64,000 nucleotides of DNA from Prasinococcaceae sp. CCMP 1430. Taxonomy: Eukaryota > Plantae > Prasinodermophyta. Of this stretch, positions 32,472 through 44,700 are shown in pieces (position 1 is the stretch's first letter; the number at the start of each line of letters is the position of its first letter). The translations under genes and the position numbers were made by a program. The notes under the pieces are model-generated. The model ran no database searches and was not told the DNA's origin. It saw only the letters and a program-made list of their open reading frames with translations. The stretch lies in assembly GCA_013416795.1 (NCBI GenBank), contig RQSC01000001.1, positions 338,213 through 402,212 of the forward strand, read 5' to 3'.

Positions 32472-33564
32472 ATGGCGGAGCGGCTGGCGCAGCTCCACGG
32501 CACGGAGAAGGACAAGGTGAACTGTCCGTTCTACCACAAGATCGGCGCGTGCCGCCACGGCGACCGCTGCTCGCGGCTGCACAACAAACCCGAGGTGTCG
32601 CGGACACTGCTGCTGCCCCACCTCTTCCAGGCGGCGTTGACCAACACGGCCGTGCCTGCCACGCAGGGTGCGCAGGAGAGCTTCGAAAGGCGCGAGGAGC
32701 AGGAATTCTTCGGTGCGTCGGCCGGCGCGGGGTGGCGCCCCGCGCTGCGCGCGCGCAGCGCTAGCGCCGACGGTGCCAACGTTGGAGCTGCCCGGCGCTT
32801 GTGCAGGACCGCACGAACGCGCGCGCGCGCGCGCGCGTACGCGCCACTTACTTGGCGACAAGGGCGGCAGGACGAGTGCTGATTCTCACCCCCAACGCGC
32901 GGTCCACCTGACTCCCTGCCATGCCTCACCCACGCACCGCCCGCGCTCCTCACCCGCTCCTGCCGCCCCGCCCCTGCCCGCGCCCTGTTGCATCGCAGAG
33001 GACTTCTACGAAGATGTGTTCATGGAGCTCGCCGCGCACGGCACTCTTGAGGCGCTGAACGTGTGCGACAACAGCGCGGACCATCTCGTGGGCAACGTGT
33101 ACGCCAAGTTCCGGGACGAGGAGTCCGCGACCGCCGCGAAGAAGGCACTTGAGGGGCGCTTCTACGCAGGCAGGCCGATCCACTCCGAGTACTCGCCCGT
33201 GACAGACTTCCGCGAGGCGACCTGCCGCCAGTACGACGAGCACACGTGCACACGCGGCGGGTACTGCAACTTTCTGCATCTCAAGCCTATCACCCGCACG
33301 CTCCGTCACGAGCTGTACTGCGGACAGTGCAGCAGCCAGGGGGAGCGCCAACGCGAGGAGGGCCGCGGGTACGGCCGCCGCGGATACGACCGCCGCGACG
33401 ACTACTATCGCGATCGCGACCGCGACTACCGGCGGCGCGAGCGCTCGCCACCGCGCGCGGCGCCGCAGGAGCAGCCTAGGGAGGAACGCGAGAGCACGCC
33501 AGAGCGCCGCGCGAGGATACAGGCGTGGAACGAGGCGCGCCGCCGCGAGAATGCTGCCAAGTAG
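32472..33564 (+). CDS. U2AF1: Splicing factor U2AF small subunit (U2AF35)
   Basis: [28 protein letters not shown] (CCCH1), [55 protein letters not shown] (CCCH2) and an RD/RS tail. Intron 32713-32998. Confidence 0.95.
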
Positions 33565-33843
33565 CGGCTGGCGCACACACCCGACGCGCGTAATTCACCT
33601 CCTGCGGCATCATGAGACCCACAGCTGTGCGCCTCACGACGGTGCGCAACGAGACAACAGCGGGTGAGGGTGGAGCGAGGTGGTGCGTGTGCCATGCGGA
33701 CGCGCGCGCGTGCGTGCCTGTGGAGAGGCGTGCGATGCTTGGTCCGCGGCGTGGCGTGGTCAGAGTGGGCGGGCGGCAAGGCATGTGAGTTAAAGAACAG
33801 TCCCGCGTATTTACATCCGTGATGTATGCTGGCATGCATACGT

Positions 33844-34047
33844 TTATCCCGCCCCATAAATGTTGGAAACGGAGCTCTCATCGTGCACGCGCCAGATGGT
33901 CTCGCCGAGCTGCGCAGGATGCGCACGCGGGGCGCGGGACGCGGGTGCGGTCGCAAGGCGTCAGACAGCCGTTCGCCCTTGCCGACTCGGGTGCGAGCGC
34001 GCGCGCGCGGGGGGAGCTCGACGACGACGCGGGTGCGTGCGCGTGTG

Positions 34048-34083
<36 letters not shown>

Positions 34084-34966
34084 GCGCGGCATCACGCGGG
34101 CGCTCGCGCTGCCCAGAAGCGCGAATCGCAGCGGCGCACCGCGCACGCACCAAGTTGGCAACCGAGAGCACGGTGAGCTGCGGGAAGTACGACCCCACAG
34201 GCAGCTCGATCGTGTTGGCCACGATGACCTCCTCGAACACACCGCTCGAGAGGCGTTCGATCGCCGGGGGCGAGAACACCGCGTGCGTGGCGCAGGCGTA
34301 CACGACCTTCGCGCCCTTGTCGCGCAGCAGCTGCGCCCCCGCCGTGATGGTCCCCGCTGTGTCGATCATGTCGTCGACCAGCACGGCCACCTTCCCGTCG
34401 ACGTCACCGATGAGGTTCATCACCTCGGCCACGTTGTGCCCCGACCTGCGCTTGTCGATGATGGCCAGTGGGGCGTCGCTGAGCTTCTTGGCGAACGCGC
34501 GCGCGCGCGCCACGCCGCCCACGTCGGGCGACACGATGACGAGGTCCTCGGTGCTAATCATCTTGGACGCCAGGTAGTCGAGGATCACGGGCGAGCCGTA
34601 CACGTGGTCCACGGGAATGTCAAAGTACCCCACGCACTGGCCGCTGTGGAGGTCGATGGAGATGACGCGGTCGGCGCCGGCCTTGGTGATGAGGTTCGCC
34701 GTCAGCTTCGCGCCGATGGACTCGCGGCCGACCACCTTGCGGTCGGCGCGCGCGTAGCCAAAGTACGGGATGACGGCGGTGATGCTGCGCGCCGAGGCAC
34801 GGCGGCACGCGTCGATCATCACGAAGAGCTCCATCAGGTGGTCGTTCGCCGGCGGCGACGTCGGCTGGATGAGGAACACGTCGCAGCCGCGCACGGACTC
34901 CTGGACCTGCACGTACGTCTCGCCGTCCGCGAAGTGCTTGATGTTGATCTTGCCAAGGTTCACGCC
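33844..34966 (-). CDS. PRS: Ribose-phosphate pyrophosphokinase (PRPP synthetase), plastid class I; 5' part lost at the N-gap
   Basis: FADGETYVQVQESVRGCDVF, PYFGYARADRK, DLHSGQ, VSPDVGG and VDDMIDTAGT. Exons 34966-34151 and 33909-33844 (LGETIWRVHDESSVSNIYGAG*). Confidence 0.93.
34050..34080. repeat. Poly-G tract (31 nt) in the PRS intron
   Basis: Uninterrupted G run seen directly. A poly-C run also ends the window at about 63978-64000. Confidence 0.9.
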
Positions 34967-35072
34967 CTGCGACATGCGGGGAGCGCGGCGGCGGCGGGCG
35001 TCAGCCAGCGGCGGCGCGGGGCGGAGCTACGGCAGCAGGGGGCTGCCACGCGCGGCCGCCACGGAGGCGGCG

Positions 35073-35101
35073 NNNNNNNNNNNNNNNNNNNNNNNNNNNN
35101 N
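35073..35101. other. Assembly gap (N run)
   Basis: Run of N bases. Confidence 1.
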
Positions 35102-35896
35102 CCACCCGCCGCACCCGAGGCACCCCGCCCCCGCCACAACGCACCGCACCGCACCCCGCGCGCGCGCGCGCGCGCAACCCAGCAACAAAACAGCATTTCA
35201 TGCAGCGCACACCCGCCACATCACCCACATCCCCACCCCAATCACAACCCAAATCAAAATCCCACCCACCATCTCGACTGGGCCGGACTTGGAATCGCGC
35301 GCGCGCGCGCGCGCGGCGGCGGCGAAAGCGCGCGAAAGCGCGAAAGCGCGCCCAACCGACCGATCCGAACCGACCCGACCAAACCTTTTTTCCCAACCTT
35401 TTTCGGCGCGCGCTCCCTCCGCGCGAGGCTCCCGCCACTTTTTTTTTTTGCGGACTTGGGTGTTTTTTTTTTTGTTTTTGTTTTTGGTTGGTTGGTGGGT
35501 GGGTGGCTCGGCTCGATTCGAGTCGGGTGTGGGTGGCTGTGTCTGTCCGTTTCGGCGCTGGCGCGCCCTTTTTTTTTGGTTGGTGGGTGGTTGACTCGGA
35601 TCAGCGCGTGGGTTCGCGGGGCGCGGCTTCCGCGGCCTCGCGCGCCGCGCGCGTGGGAGCGGAAGCGGAAGCGACGACGGCCGGGGAATCTTTTCCCTGC
35701 CTCCCTCCCTCCCTCCCTCCCTCCCGCCACGCCAGCATGTCCCGCTGCTGGCCACCGGCCGGCCGACGCAGAAGTCGATTCGCCCAGCCCGGCGGGCTGG
35801 GCCATCGGGGGGATGTGCGAGGCTTCGGTGATGGCGTTCGTGATGAAGTATCATATGTACCCACAGGCGATTGCCTTTTGAGTGATCATGTGATGG

Positions 35897-36747
35897 GTGT
35901 CTGTCTCTGCGTCCGGGCGCGCAGGCGCGCGGGCGCGCAGCAGCGGCGCGCTCGCGGATGAGGCGCGGGTGGCGCACGCAGAAGTCGATTCGCCCAGCCC
36001 TGTCGCGCGGCGAGCGCGCGCGGCCGCGAGCGCGCCGGCGACACTCGGCGCGGAGACCGAGTGGGCGCTGCGCTTCGACCTCGCCGTGCCCACGCAGGCG
36101 CCGAATGAGGACACGGCGGATGCGACGGGCGATGATGCCACAGCGTGCGTGCGCCTGCGCGTGCGTTTCATCACAGAAGAAGGGTACGAACCTCCACAGG
36201 GCGTCGTGGAGGTCGTCGAAGACGAGGCAGGCTGCATTGACACGAGCGAGAGAATGCGCTGGTCTCTGTCTGAGGATCCGAACGATCGGAAGGACAGTCT
36301 GTGGGTGCGTCTCTTTACCTGTCTGCCTGCCTCTCTCTCCCTCCCTCTCGTGCGCACATGCACGCATTGCTGCCGCGCGCGCTGAGCGGCCTGCGCGCGT
36401 CGTGCGCTGCCTGCGGTCGCGCGCATGCTGACCTCGTCATTGCCTCCCGCACGCCCCTGCAGATTTGGGGCCTCTTCGAGCAACCGCTGTATCCTTTCCT
36501 ATTGCTTGAGCTCACCACGACCGGCAACGTCGCGCTGAGCACCGGCCAGATGCTCGCGGCGGGGACGACGCTGTACTCGCAGCTGCCGCACGCCTACGGC
36601 TCCAAGAGCGGCACCGTTCTGGGCGAGGGCGGCGTCAACGTCCGGCGTGTCACGCGCTACCAGGCGGACTTGGCAGGCCTCAGCACAGCCGACGTGGCGG
36701 AGGACGTGCCGGTGGGCACATGCACGGCCGTGCGCACCGACAGCTGA
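35897..36747 (+). CDS. Conserved uncharacterised algal protein; 5' end unresolved
   Basis: Complex, coding-like motif FITEEGYEPPQG..WSLSEDPNDRKDSLW|IWGLFEQPLYPFLLL joined in frame by intron 36305-36462 (GTGCGT..GCTGAC..CAG). Confidence 0.65.
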
Positions 36748-37115
36748 GCGATGCACGCCGGGGGTCCCCCCCGTCTGCAGCACGCATCGCGCTCGCGAAT
36801 CCGCGTAATTAAGGGTACGACCCATAGGGTCTCTCTTCCGACGCGAAGCATGCAGCACATGCAGAGCGCGATGCAATGCGCCCTTCGCCTGGGCCGCGCC
36901 GACGCGCGGACCCCTGCGCGAATCCCAGACGAAACCTGATGTGAATTAATCTACGGGTTCTTTTTTAAATCTGGAATCCTGTGGAATCCAGTGGACTCCC
37001 GGTTGGTGTGCCGTTTCCCGACGCGGCGCGGACCGGCCTCGGCGCGCGCGCGCCACAGGCGGGCGCCGCGGGCGCTGGGCGCGGTGGCGGCGCGCGGCCG
37101 CCGCCGCCGGCGGCG

Positions 37116-40100
37116 ATGGCGGGCGCTGGTCATGCGGGGCTCTCGTTCGATGTGTCGGTGGACGAGACGCGCTTCGTGCCGGCGCAGCTGAGCGTGCCTG
37201 TGGGGGCGACCGTGACATGGACGTCGACGGCCGCGCGCGGTGCGCGCGCGCCCGAGCACTGGCTCGAGGTCGAGGTCGGCGACGGCGCGCCAGCCGCGAT
37301 GCTCGGGGACTCGCGTGTCGCGCCGGGCCGGCCGTTCTCATGGACATTCCAGGAGCCTGGCGTGTACTCGTACGCAAGCTGCATCTTCTCTTTCATGAAG
37401 GTGCGCGCAGCCAGGCGCAGCGACCGCCCCTCCCCGCTTCCATCCCCCCCTCCCCCGCCGCCAGCGCAGGCGCAGCAGGCGCAGGGTCCCGCGTCGCGCT
37501 GACCTCCTATCCTTTCTCCCCCCGGCTGCCTACGCGCGCCTTCGACGCTCGCGTCCGGCCCGCGCTTGTTCTTGTCTCCTGGCGTTCTGCGGCGCAGGGG
37601 GAGATCGACGTCTACGACAAAGCCGCCACCGATGAGGCCCTCGCCCATGCTGAGGCGGCGGAGACCATCGCAATCGACACGGGAGGCGGCGAGCACGCGA
37701 GGGAGCTCGCGAGCGGTAGCTGCAGCGAGGGCGAGGGCGATGGGGATGGATGCGGGGGTGAAGTTTCGGCCAAAACGGTGGCCGTGGCGACAGTCAGTGC
37801 CGCTCGCGGCGAAACGTCGGGCGCTGATGCGCCATGCAGTGCAGACCCCGGTGGCGTGGCCGATGTGTTGTCGATGGTCGCAGCCGCACGCGCGGCAGTA
37901 GCCGCCGCGCGCACAGAGGCGGCCGAAGCTGTCGTCGAGGTGGAAACGTCACGCGTGACGCGCACGGCGGACGATGCGCGGCTCGAGGAGGGCCTCCGGC
38001 GCGCCCAGCGCGAGCGTGAAGGCGAACGCGCGCAGCGGCAGAATCGAGAGCGTGAGCGAGCACAGGAGAGCGCGCGGGCGCGCGAGCGTGCTAGTGCAGC
38101 GTCGGTTGTGCGCGCGGCCTCGCGCTGGGAAGCGCTCGCTCGCGCGGCGGCGCGCGCGCGCGTGCAGGCCGCCGCTGTGGCAGCCGTGGCCGCGGAGGCG
38201 CGCGAGGCAACCGCTGGCAGAGCAGAGGGCGACGAAAGTGGAACAGGACGAGGGCGCACGTCGCACAGAGCCCCGCGCGAGGCACAGCGCAAGCGTCGAC
38301 GAGCCCCGAAGGTGGCCACGGCCGCCAAGAAAGCGGCACAGGATGCTGTAGAGACGCCCGGTGCTGCGCCGAGCGCGACGGGTGCGCTCGAGAGCGACAC
38401 TTCTCACACAGGAGAGAGCGCAAGCGCTGCCGGCGCACGCGTGGGTCTCGAACGTGAGATCGAGTGTGAGATCGGGTGCGAGGCTCCGATACGCGAGCCG
38501 GAAATTCAGCCCGTCTCTACTACCGATGACATCGAACAGGCATCGTGTGCCCACGGGGAGGCTCGGGTGGAAGAGCTGACGCTGCTGGAGCAGCAGGAGC
38601 TCAGGCGCTCGCGGGAATACGAGCACCAGCAGCTGCACAGTGCGGTGGGGGAGGGTGGCGAAACGTCTGAGTGGCTCCCCGCAAAGGGGTCGCGAGCTTC
38701 GCGCGCGCGGCGGACGCGCGAGGCGAAGTGCGATGCAGAGCGAGCAGCACGCGAAACACAGCGACGCGTGCGAGCCGATGACGCGAGGCGGCGCAAGGCA
38801 GAGGCCGCGCGAGCTGCAGTCTGGTCGCAGACGGAGGTACAGCACGGCGCGCAGCAAGCAAAAGCGCACGTGCAGGAACTCAGGGAGCACCCGCAACGAC
38901 AGCGTCGTTGCGCGCTCGCGCCGCAGCCACCGCATGCGGCACGCTCCGAGGAGGTTGCAGCCTCTCCTGCAACAGCGCCGAAGGAAGGCGAGCGGCTGAC
39001 GCGTCGGCAGCAGCGAAAAAAGGCGCAGCTTGAGCGCCAGGAGCGCGCACAGAAGCGCAAGCAAGACCAGAAGTCAGCAGATGGAAGGACGCACGCCCAG
39101 GCAGAGGGGGCGAAGCCATTGGTTGGCACCACTGACAACACTGGCGGGGTGGACGCGGGCGTGCCCCCCACAGCAGTCGCGGCGGCTCTGTCTGCAGCGA
39201 AGAGCGCTGGGGCGCAGCCACACGCGTCCACAAAGGCGCAGCGAGTGACTGGCGACGCGGCCAAGCCGCTGCCTCAGCCCAGGTCGCAGCCGACCACGTA
39301 TCATTACGCCTCTCCACTCAACGCACGCCGCGCGGCGCTTCGCGCAGGCTCGCGCGCGGGTGCTGGCCCCGGTTCATCCGCGCGCGCGGCATCCTTCTCT
39401 GCGCTGGTGGACTTCCTGGAGCTGTTGCCGCGCGAGGCTCTTGTGGAGCTACTCGATCTTCGCGGCGACGTGAGCGTGCCCACCGTGCGTGCCCTGTCCG
39501 AGCTGCGCCACCACAGGCAGCGTGCGAGCGGCGGCGGCGGCGGCATGTCGTTCGGGTCGATGGTGGTGGGCTACGCCGCCGGCGGTAATGCGCTGCTCGA
39601 CCTTGTGGCATCCGCAGAGGCGGGGGCCGCATCGAGAGTGTCGGCGAGTGCGCTAGTTGCGGCACTTCTGGCAGCATCTGAGGGCGAGTTCGCGTGTGCG
39701 GGCACCTCCGAGCGCGCGACCGAATTCGAGGCCGCGCTACTGGGCGGATCCTATCGCGAACACCTCGCTGCTCCAAACCTCGAGGCCGTCCTCTGTCTTG
39801 CTATTGAGGCGCGCGTACGGCACGCGTGCTGCGCTCTGCACGATGCGGAGGTTGCCGTGCGAATAGGTGGTGAGATTGGAGAAATGGGTGCTGGGGGACA
39901 CCGCAGTGGTGAGAGCGGACCAGTTGCTGAGGCTCCCATAGCCCAGCACGTCTCACCTGCTGTTGCGCGCATTGGCACTCCATTTCGCCGCGCGAGCTCA
40001 TACCCAACTGCTGCGGGCAGCAGCAGCTCGAGCTCGGACGACGCTGCCAGTGACGGCGGTACTTCGCAGTCCGCCAGCGACGTTGATGAAGACAGGAGCG

Positions 40101-40543
40101 TGGGCGGCGCTTTGGTGGCTCGCCCTCGCGTGCACACGCGCGCGACGATCGCAGCTGAGCGAGCGTGCGCCCTTGCTGAGGTTACTTCCTCTCCAAACGG
40201 CAACGCGCACACGAGCGCGCCCTCGATTGCGAACTCATTTGACAACGCGCAGGGTAGCGCTATTCGTCACGCTCGGCGAGGTGATGGCAAGACAACCGGG
40301 CAAAAGCGGGCGCAACAGCTGCCAGCGGCCGCGCAAGAGGCGGCTGCTCGGCGTGCTGAGCGGGTCAAGGGCGACGCGGCGCCGTCGCTTGCGGCGACAT
40401 TTTTGGCGCGCTTGGAACTGGACTGCGCGGCTGCGAGCAAGGTGGCGGAAGCGTCAGCAGCTGGCGCGTTCGACTACGCTTGTGCAGCAGCGTGGATGGC
40501 GGAGCGCTGGGAGGCCCAGGCGGGCGAGAGCAGCGTGGTGTGA
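37116..40543 (+). CDS. N-terminal cupredoxin-fold domain fused to a long coiled-coil/low-complexity protein
   Basis: Exon 1 (37116-37400): FVPAQLSVPVGATVTWT..EH..FSWTFQEPGVYSYASCIFSFMK. Intron 37401-37597, then exon 2 begins GEIDV, completing the cupredoxin strand. The rest is R/E/A-rich. Confidence 0.65.
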
Positions 40544-40837
40544 CCCCTCTTCACCCTCCTGTGTCAACGCGCGCGCTCACAGAAACACGTTCGTAAGAAT
40601 CCCAACCTGGACACCCAGTCAGCGCGAGAGCCACAGCGGCAAGTGTGCCTACTCGCGCGAGCGAGAATGATGTTAGCGCGCGGGCGCAAGACAGGTATGC
40701 GGGTGGGATTTGCGAAAGTGATGAGAGCCTTAGATCCTCCGTCCTTGAGCGTGCGCACCAGCGGCGAAGACCGAGTGGAGGCACCTTATGTGGAAACCGG
40801 CGCCCGCATGCACATGCAAGCGCGCGCGCACGCGCCC

Positions 40838-41098
40838 TCAACCTATGGCGCCTGCGAGGCCGACTCGCAGCACGAATGCGCTCACCAACACTACAACTGC
40901 TGCATACTCCGGTGGAATTTGCTTCAAGTAGACGCCCCAGCCCGCGCCGACAGCGAACACGGCAGCGGCGATGACGACACCCTGCAGGAACCTCTGCCAC
41001 GTCGTCGTTTTCGCCTTGCGCAGGTGCCCCTGCTTGGACGCGGCAGGGGTAGCGCCGCCCTTCTTGGCGGCGGCAGCGCGGCGCGTGACCGGCGCCAT
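40838..41098 (-). CDS. Small two-TM membrane protein (hypothetical)
   Basis: ATG at 41098. A basic N-terminus is followed by two hydrophobic helices (VVIAAAVFAVGAGWGVYL; YAAVVVLVSAFVLRVGLAG). The 3' end may be spliced. Confidence 0.45.
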   Translation of the reverse strand: MAPVTRRAAAAKKGGATPAASKQGHLRKAKTTTWQRFLQGVVIAAAVFAVGAGWGVYLKQIPPEYAAVVVLVSAFVLRVGLAGAIG

Positions 41099-41701
41099 CG
41101 TGGACTTCCCGCCGCGGTCGCTTCCCTGCCGCGCCCGCTCACCCCAAACTGCAGCCTGGGGCGCCACACGACGCACACGGTGTGGCGCGCGCTCGTGCGC
41201 ACAGCCGCGCGCCCGCCGTTTCGCCCAGCCTTGAACGCGCGCGCGAGCGGTTGCGCGCGTCGGACCGCGCGCGTGGGCATGACCAGCAGCGCGCGCAGCA
41301 CGAACGCCCTGCGCGAGCTCCCTAGAGACGCCGGGGGCGCGCGCGCTCGCCCTGCCAGCGCCATCGGCCGCGGCCGTGCGTTCCCTCGTCGCCTCCGGCA
41401 CGGAGCCCACGTGGCACGTGGCACCCATGGGCTGCTGTGCTCGGTCCGTTGAGAGAGCTAGCTAGGGCACGACCACGCGCGTGGGTTCACAACGGAATCA
41501 TGAGGCATTCACAGAAATGAAAGTTTTACCCACGGGCGATGTACATGGCTGCCGATATCGCCGATCGGCGATCGGGAGCGGTTTCGTCGTCGAAACGCGC
41601 GCACCGGGGGAACGGCCCACGGGAGACCTTGATTTTGACGGGCTCTGAATGCTATCCCTAGGACTAGCTAGTCTGGTACTGTACTAGCGGCCAACCCAAA
41701 T

Positions 41702-44700
41702 TTATGCTGCAGTGTCCTTCGCCTTGACAGCCTCGACGTCGAGGAGGAGCCGCAGCAGGTCCAGGCCCGCACGGCGGTGCAGGATCTTGTTGTATCCGGT
41801 GCACTCGGAGAAGACGGTACAGCCCGGGCACCCACGGGCGGTGAAGCATCGACACGCCTTGACGCTCGCGTGCGCGTCACGAACCAGCTGCGGAAAGACC
41901 TCCGCCACGCGCTCAGCAAGGCCCATGCCGCCCTGATGTTTTTCGTACAGCAGGATGCGCGTGGGTCGCCAGCGCGGCGCCCTGCTCATGCCGCGTCTGT
42001 GTTGTGCGACCGCAGCGCAGCGCAGTTGCGCGTCAGCTACCCGGGAGCCGCATGGATACGCCTTTGCGCATCTGGCATGCTTTGGCGGCCTCTTTGGCAT
42101 CGCAGCGCGTGTGACAACGCACCCGTATCCCTCTGGCGTATCAGGCACACCGCACTCCGCCCCGATGTCATTTCCACTGGCCGCCACACGCAGCGGCACT
42201 GCATTGATGATGGCATGGGCCGCAGCATGTGCGCCTGCTGCAGCGGCACCGCGCCCATACTTGGCACGAATCGCCGCCGCCACAACTTCAGGCACATCCA
42301 CCCAGCAAGCGCGCGTCTCGAGGATCCGGTCAGGCAGGCTCCCTCGCGCATAGTCAACCCGCTCGGTCTGGCGGGTGCCCGAGCGCCACTTCTTCACGTA
42401 GCCGTGATAGACCGTTGTAACGGTGCAGCTACCACATCGAACAATCATGCGTGGCGCGCCCGCCGCAGCCTGATCCACCGTCCGTGCCTCCGCGCCGGTT
42501 GCATCCAGGTCGGCGACGGCGCCAGCGGGGACGCTACGATCGCCAGCGCCAGCATCGTCGCCACCCTCGCACGCTTGCAGCACTTCATCATCGCCGTTTG
42601 ACATCTCGTACGCTCGGCGCCCGCCTTCGACCTCGATGACGTCTTCATCGATCATAATGGTGTAGTATCCAACATTATGAGCGTGCCGCGCGGTTGCAAC
42701 CATAGTGTCGAGGTCGAGGGACTCGCATATATACTCTCGCCCCTGATTGTAGTACACTGCCCCCGGATAGACGGTCCAAAATGCCTTGCTCGCCTCGATC
42801 GACTCGAGTTCGACGCCTGTGGCGGCGTCCTTCACCACAAAGGACTCGTCGCAGATGGCACGAATGTCTACGCCCGCGGCAGGAGTTGTGTCACCACAGC
42901 CCAGCGGGATGAGAGCGAGCTGCGCTGCCGACGTCAGATCGGCCGGGGGGCGGCCCAACTCGCCTGCTCGACGCGCAGCTGCAGCAGCCGCGAAGAATGC
43001 CGCCTCTCCGACGAAAGCATCGCGATCGGCGGGCGTGATGGGATGCTCGAATGCAGCGCACGCAAGATGAGCTCGTAGCACCACAGGGGCGCTCGCATCG
43101 GCGAATACGCGCTCAAGCCGGCCCTCGAAAAGAGCCTTCGGATTTCGCATGAACCACTGGTCCAGGGGACCGCGGAAAGCAACCATGATGGACAGAGCTC
43201 GCCCCTGCCTGCGGCCTGCCCGCCCCGCCTGCTGCCAGAGGCTCGCCTGCGAACCTGGCCAGCCCAGATGCAGCGTGCAGTCGAGCGCACCCACGTCCAC
43301 GCCGAGCTCGAGAGCACTGGTCGCAGCGACGCCCAATAGCCGTCCAGAGAAAAGATCGGCCTCAACCGAGCGCCGTTCCGCTGGGGTGTACCCGCCACGG
43401 TACGCACGCAACTTTGACACCAGCTCGTTCGCGATCTCTTCGCTGAGATTCTTCCTGAGCGTATCGCGTGTGTAGCGCAGCACCATCTCGGCGAGCTTCT
43501 TGGACTTGCAAAATGCGATGGTGCGAACGCCGTGCTGGACGCACTCCGCTAGCAGCAAACTGATCTCGACGATCGAGCTGAGTCGACGCTCCTCCTCTTC
43601 GCCATGTGCGGGTGCGTTCCGTTTGGTGCCACGCGCGGCCTCCGCAGCGACCACGCGTGCGGCGACATCCGCCTTGCGACCGCTCTGGGACACACCAATA
43701 GCGCGCGCGCGCAGCTTTAGCTCCGCGCCCGGTAGTGCAATCAAGTCCTGCAATGCTGCCGCAGCATTCGCGCTGACGGCATCAAGCTCAGACGTGCCTC
43801 GCATGGTCTCGTCGTCGTCAGCCAGTCCCAACATATTGCTGCCAGCCGTGACGGTGCCAGCGCTAGTGCGCTGCCTGCTCGGTGGCCTACTGCCGTCAAT
43901 ACCGGCGCCCGCGAAAGCATCACTGTCGCTGCCGCTTCCTCCCCTGCCGCTGGTACCATTGCTCTGCCTGCTGCCAGGTCGCGTCCTCTCCAGTACGCGC
44001 TCGTGCCGCTCTGAGTCAACATCAACGAGCGGTGGGTTCCACAGCAGAAATTCCTTCTCGCCATTGGGCGAGCCATCTTGCGTGATACACACGATCGCGC
44101 TTTCCTCGAGCCCAGTAAGCTCGGCGGCGTGGAGAGAAGGCTCGGACATGGTCGCGGAGCAGAGCACAAATCGTGGCCGGCCGGCGTGCACCCTCTCGAC
44201 GATGCGCCGCATGCGGCGAATAATCAATGCCACGTGGCATCCGAACACTCCTGAGTACGCGTGCGCCTCGTCGACGACGACCAACTGGAGATTGGACAGG
44301 AGCCGTGCATGTGCCCGATGATTTGGCAGAATTGTCCGGTGGAACATGTCTGGGTTGGTCAGGACCACGCGGGCGTGGTCGCGCACGGCCATACGCTCTG
44401 CATCGCTCGAATCGCCGTCGTACGTCGCGACGAGCGCCGCGGCCTGCTCAGCGCTCCATCCCAGTGCAGAGCCCAACACCGCACGCGCCGAGCGCAGCTG
44501 GTCCTGCGCGAGCGCCTTGGTCGGAAAGGTGAGAACGAAGGTCGACCTCGCGTCCTCCTCGAGCGCTTGAGCCACAGGCACCAGGAAGCACGCCGACTTG
44601 CCCGAGCACGTCGACGTCGCGATAGCGACTGCGCGCACACTGCCACGGCCATCGTCGCCGCTACCGCCAGCGCGGCGTTCGCTGCCGCTGCCCTCATCGC

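Noticed and set aside
35835-35900. Box C-like GTGATGA motifs (also at about 53635 on the minus strand) suggesting snoRNAs
   Set aside because: I found no matching box D (CTGA) with a terminal stem or rRNA-complementary guide.
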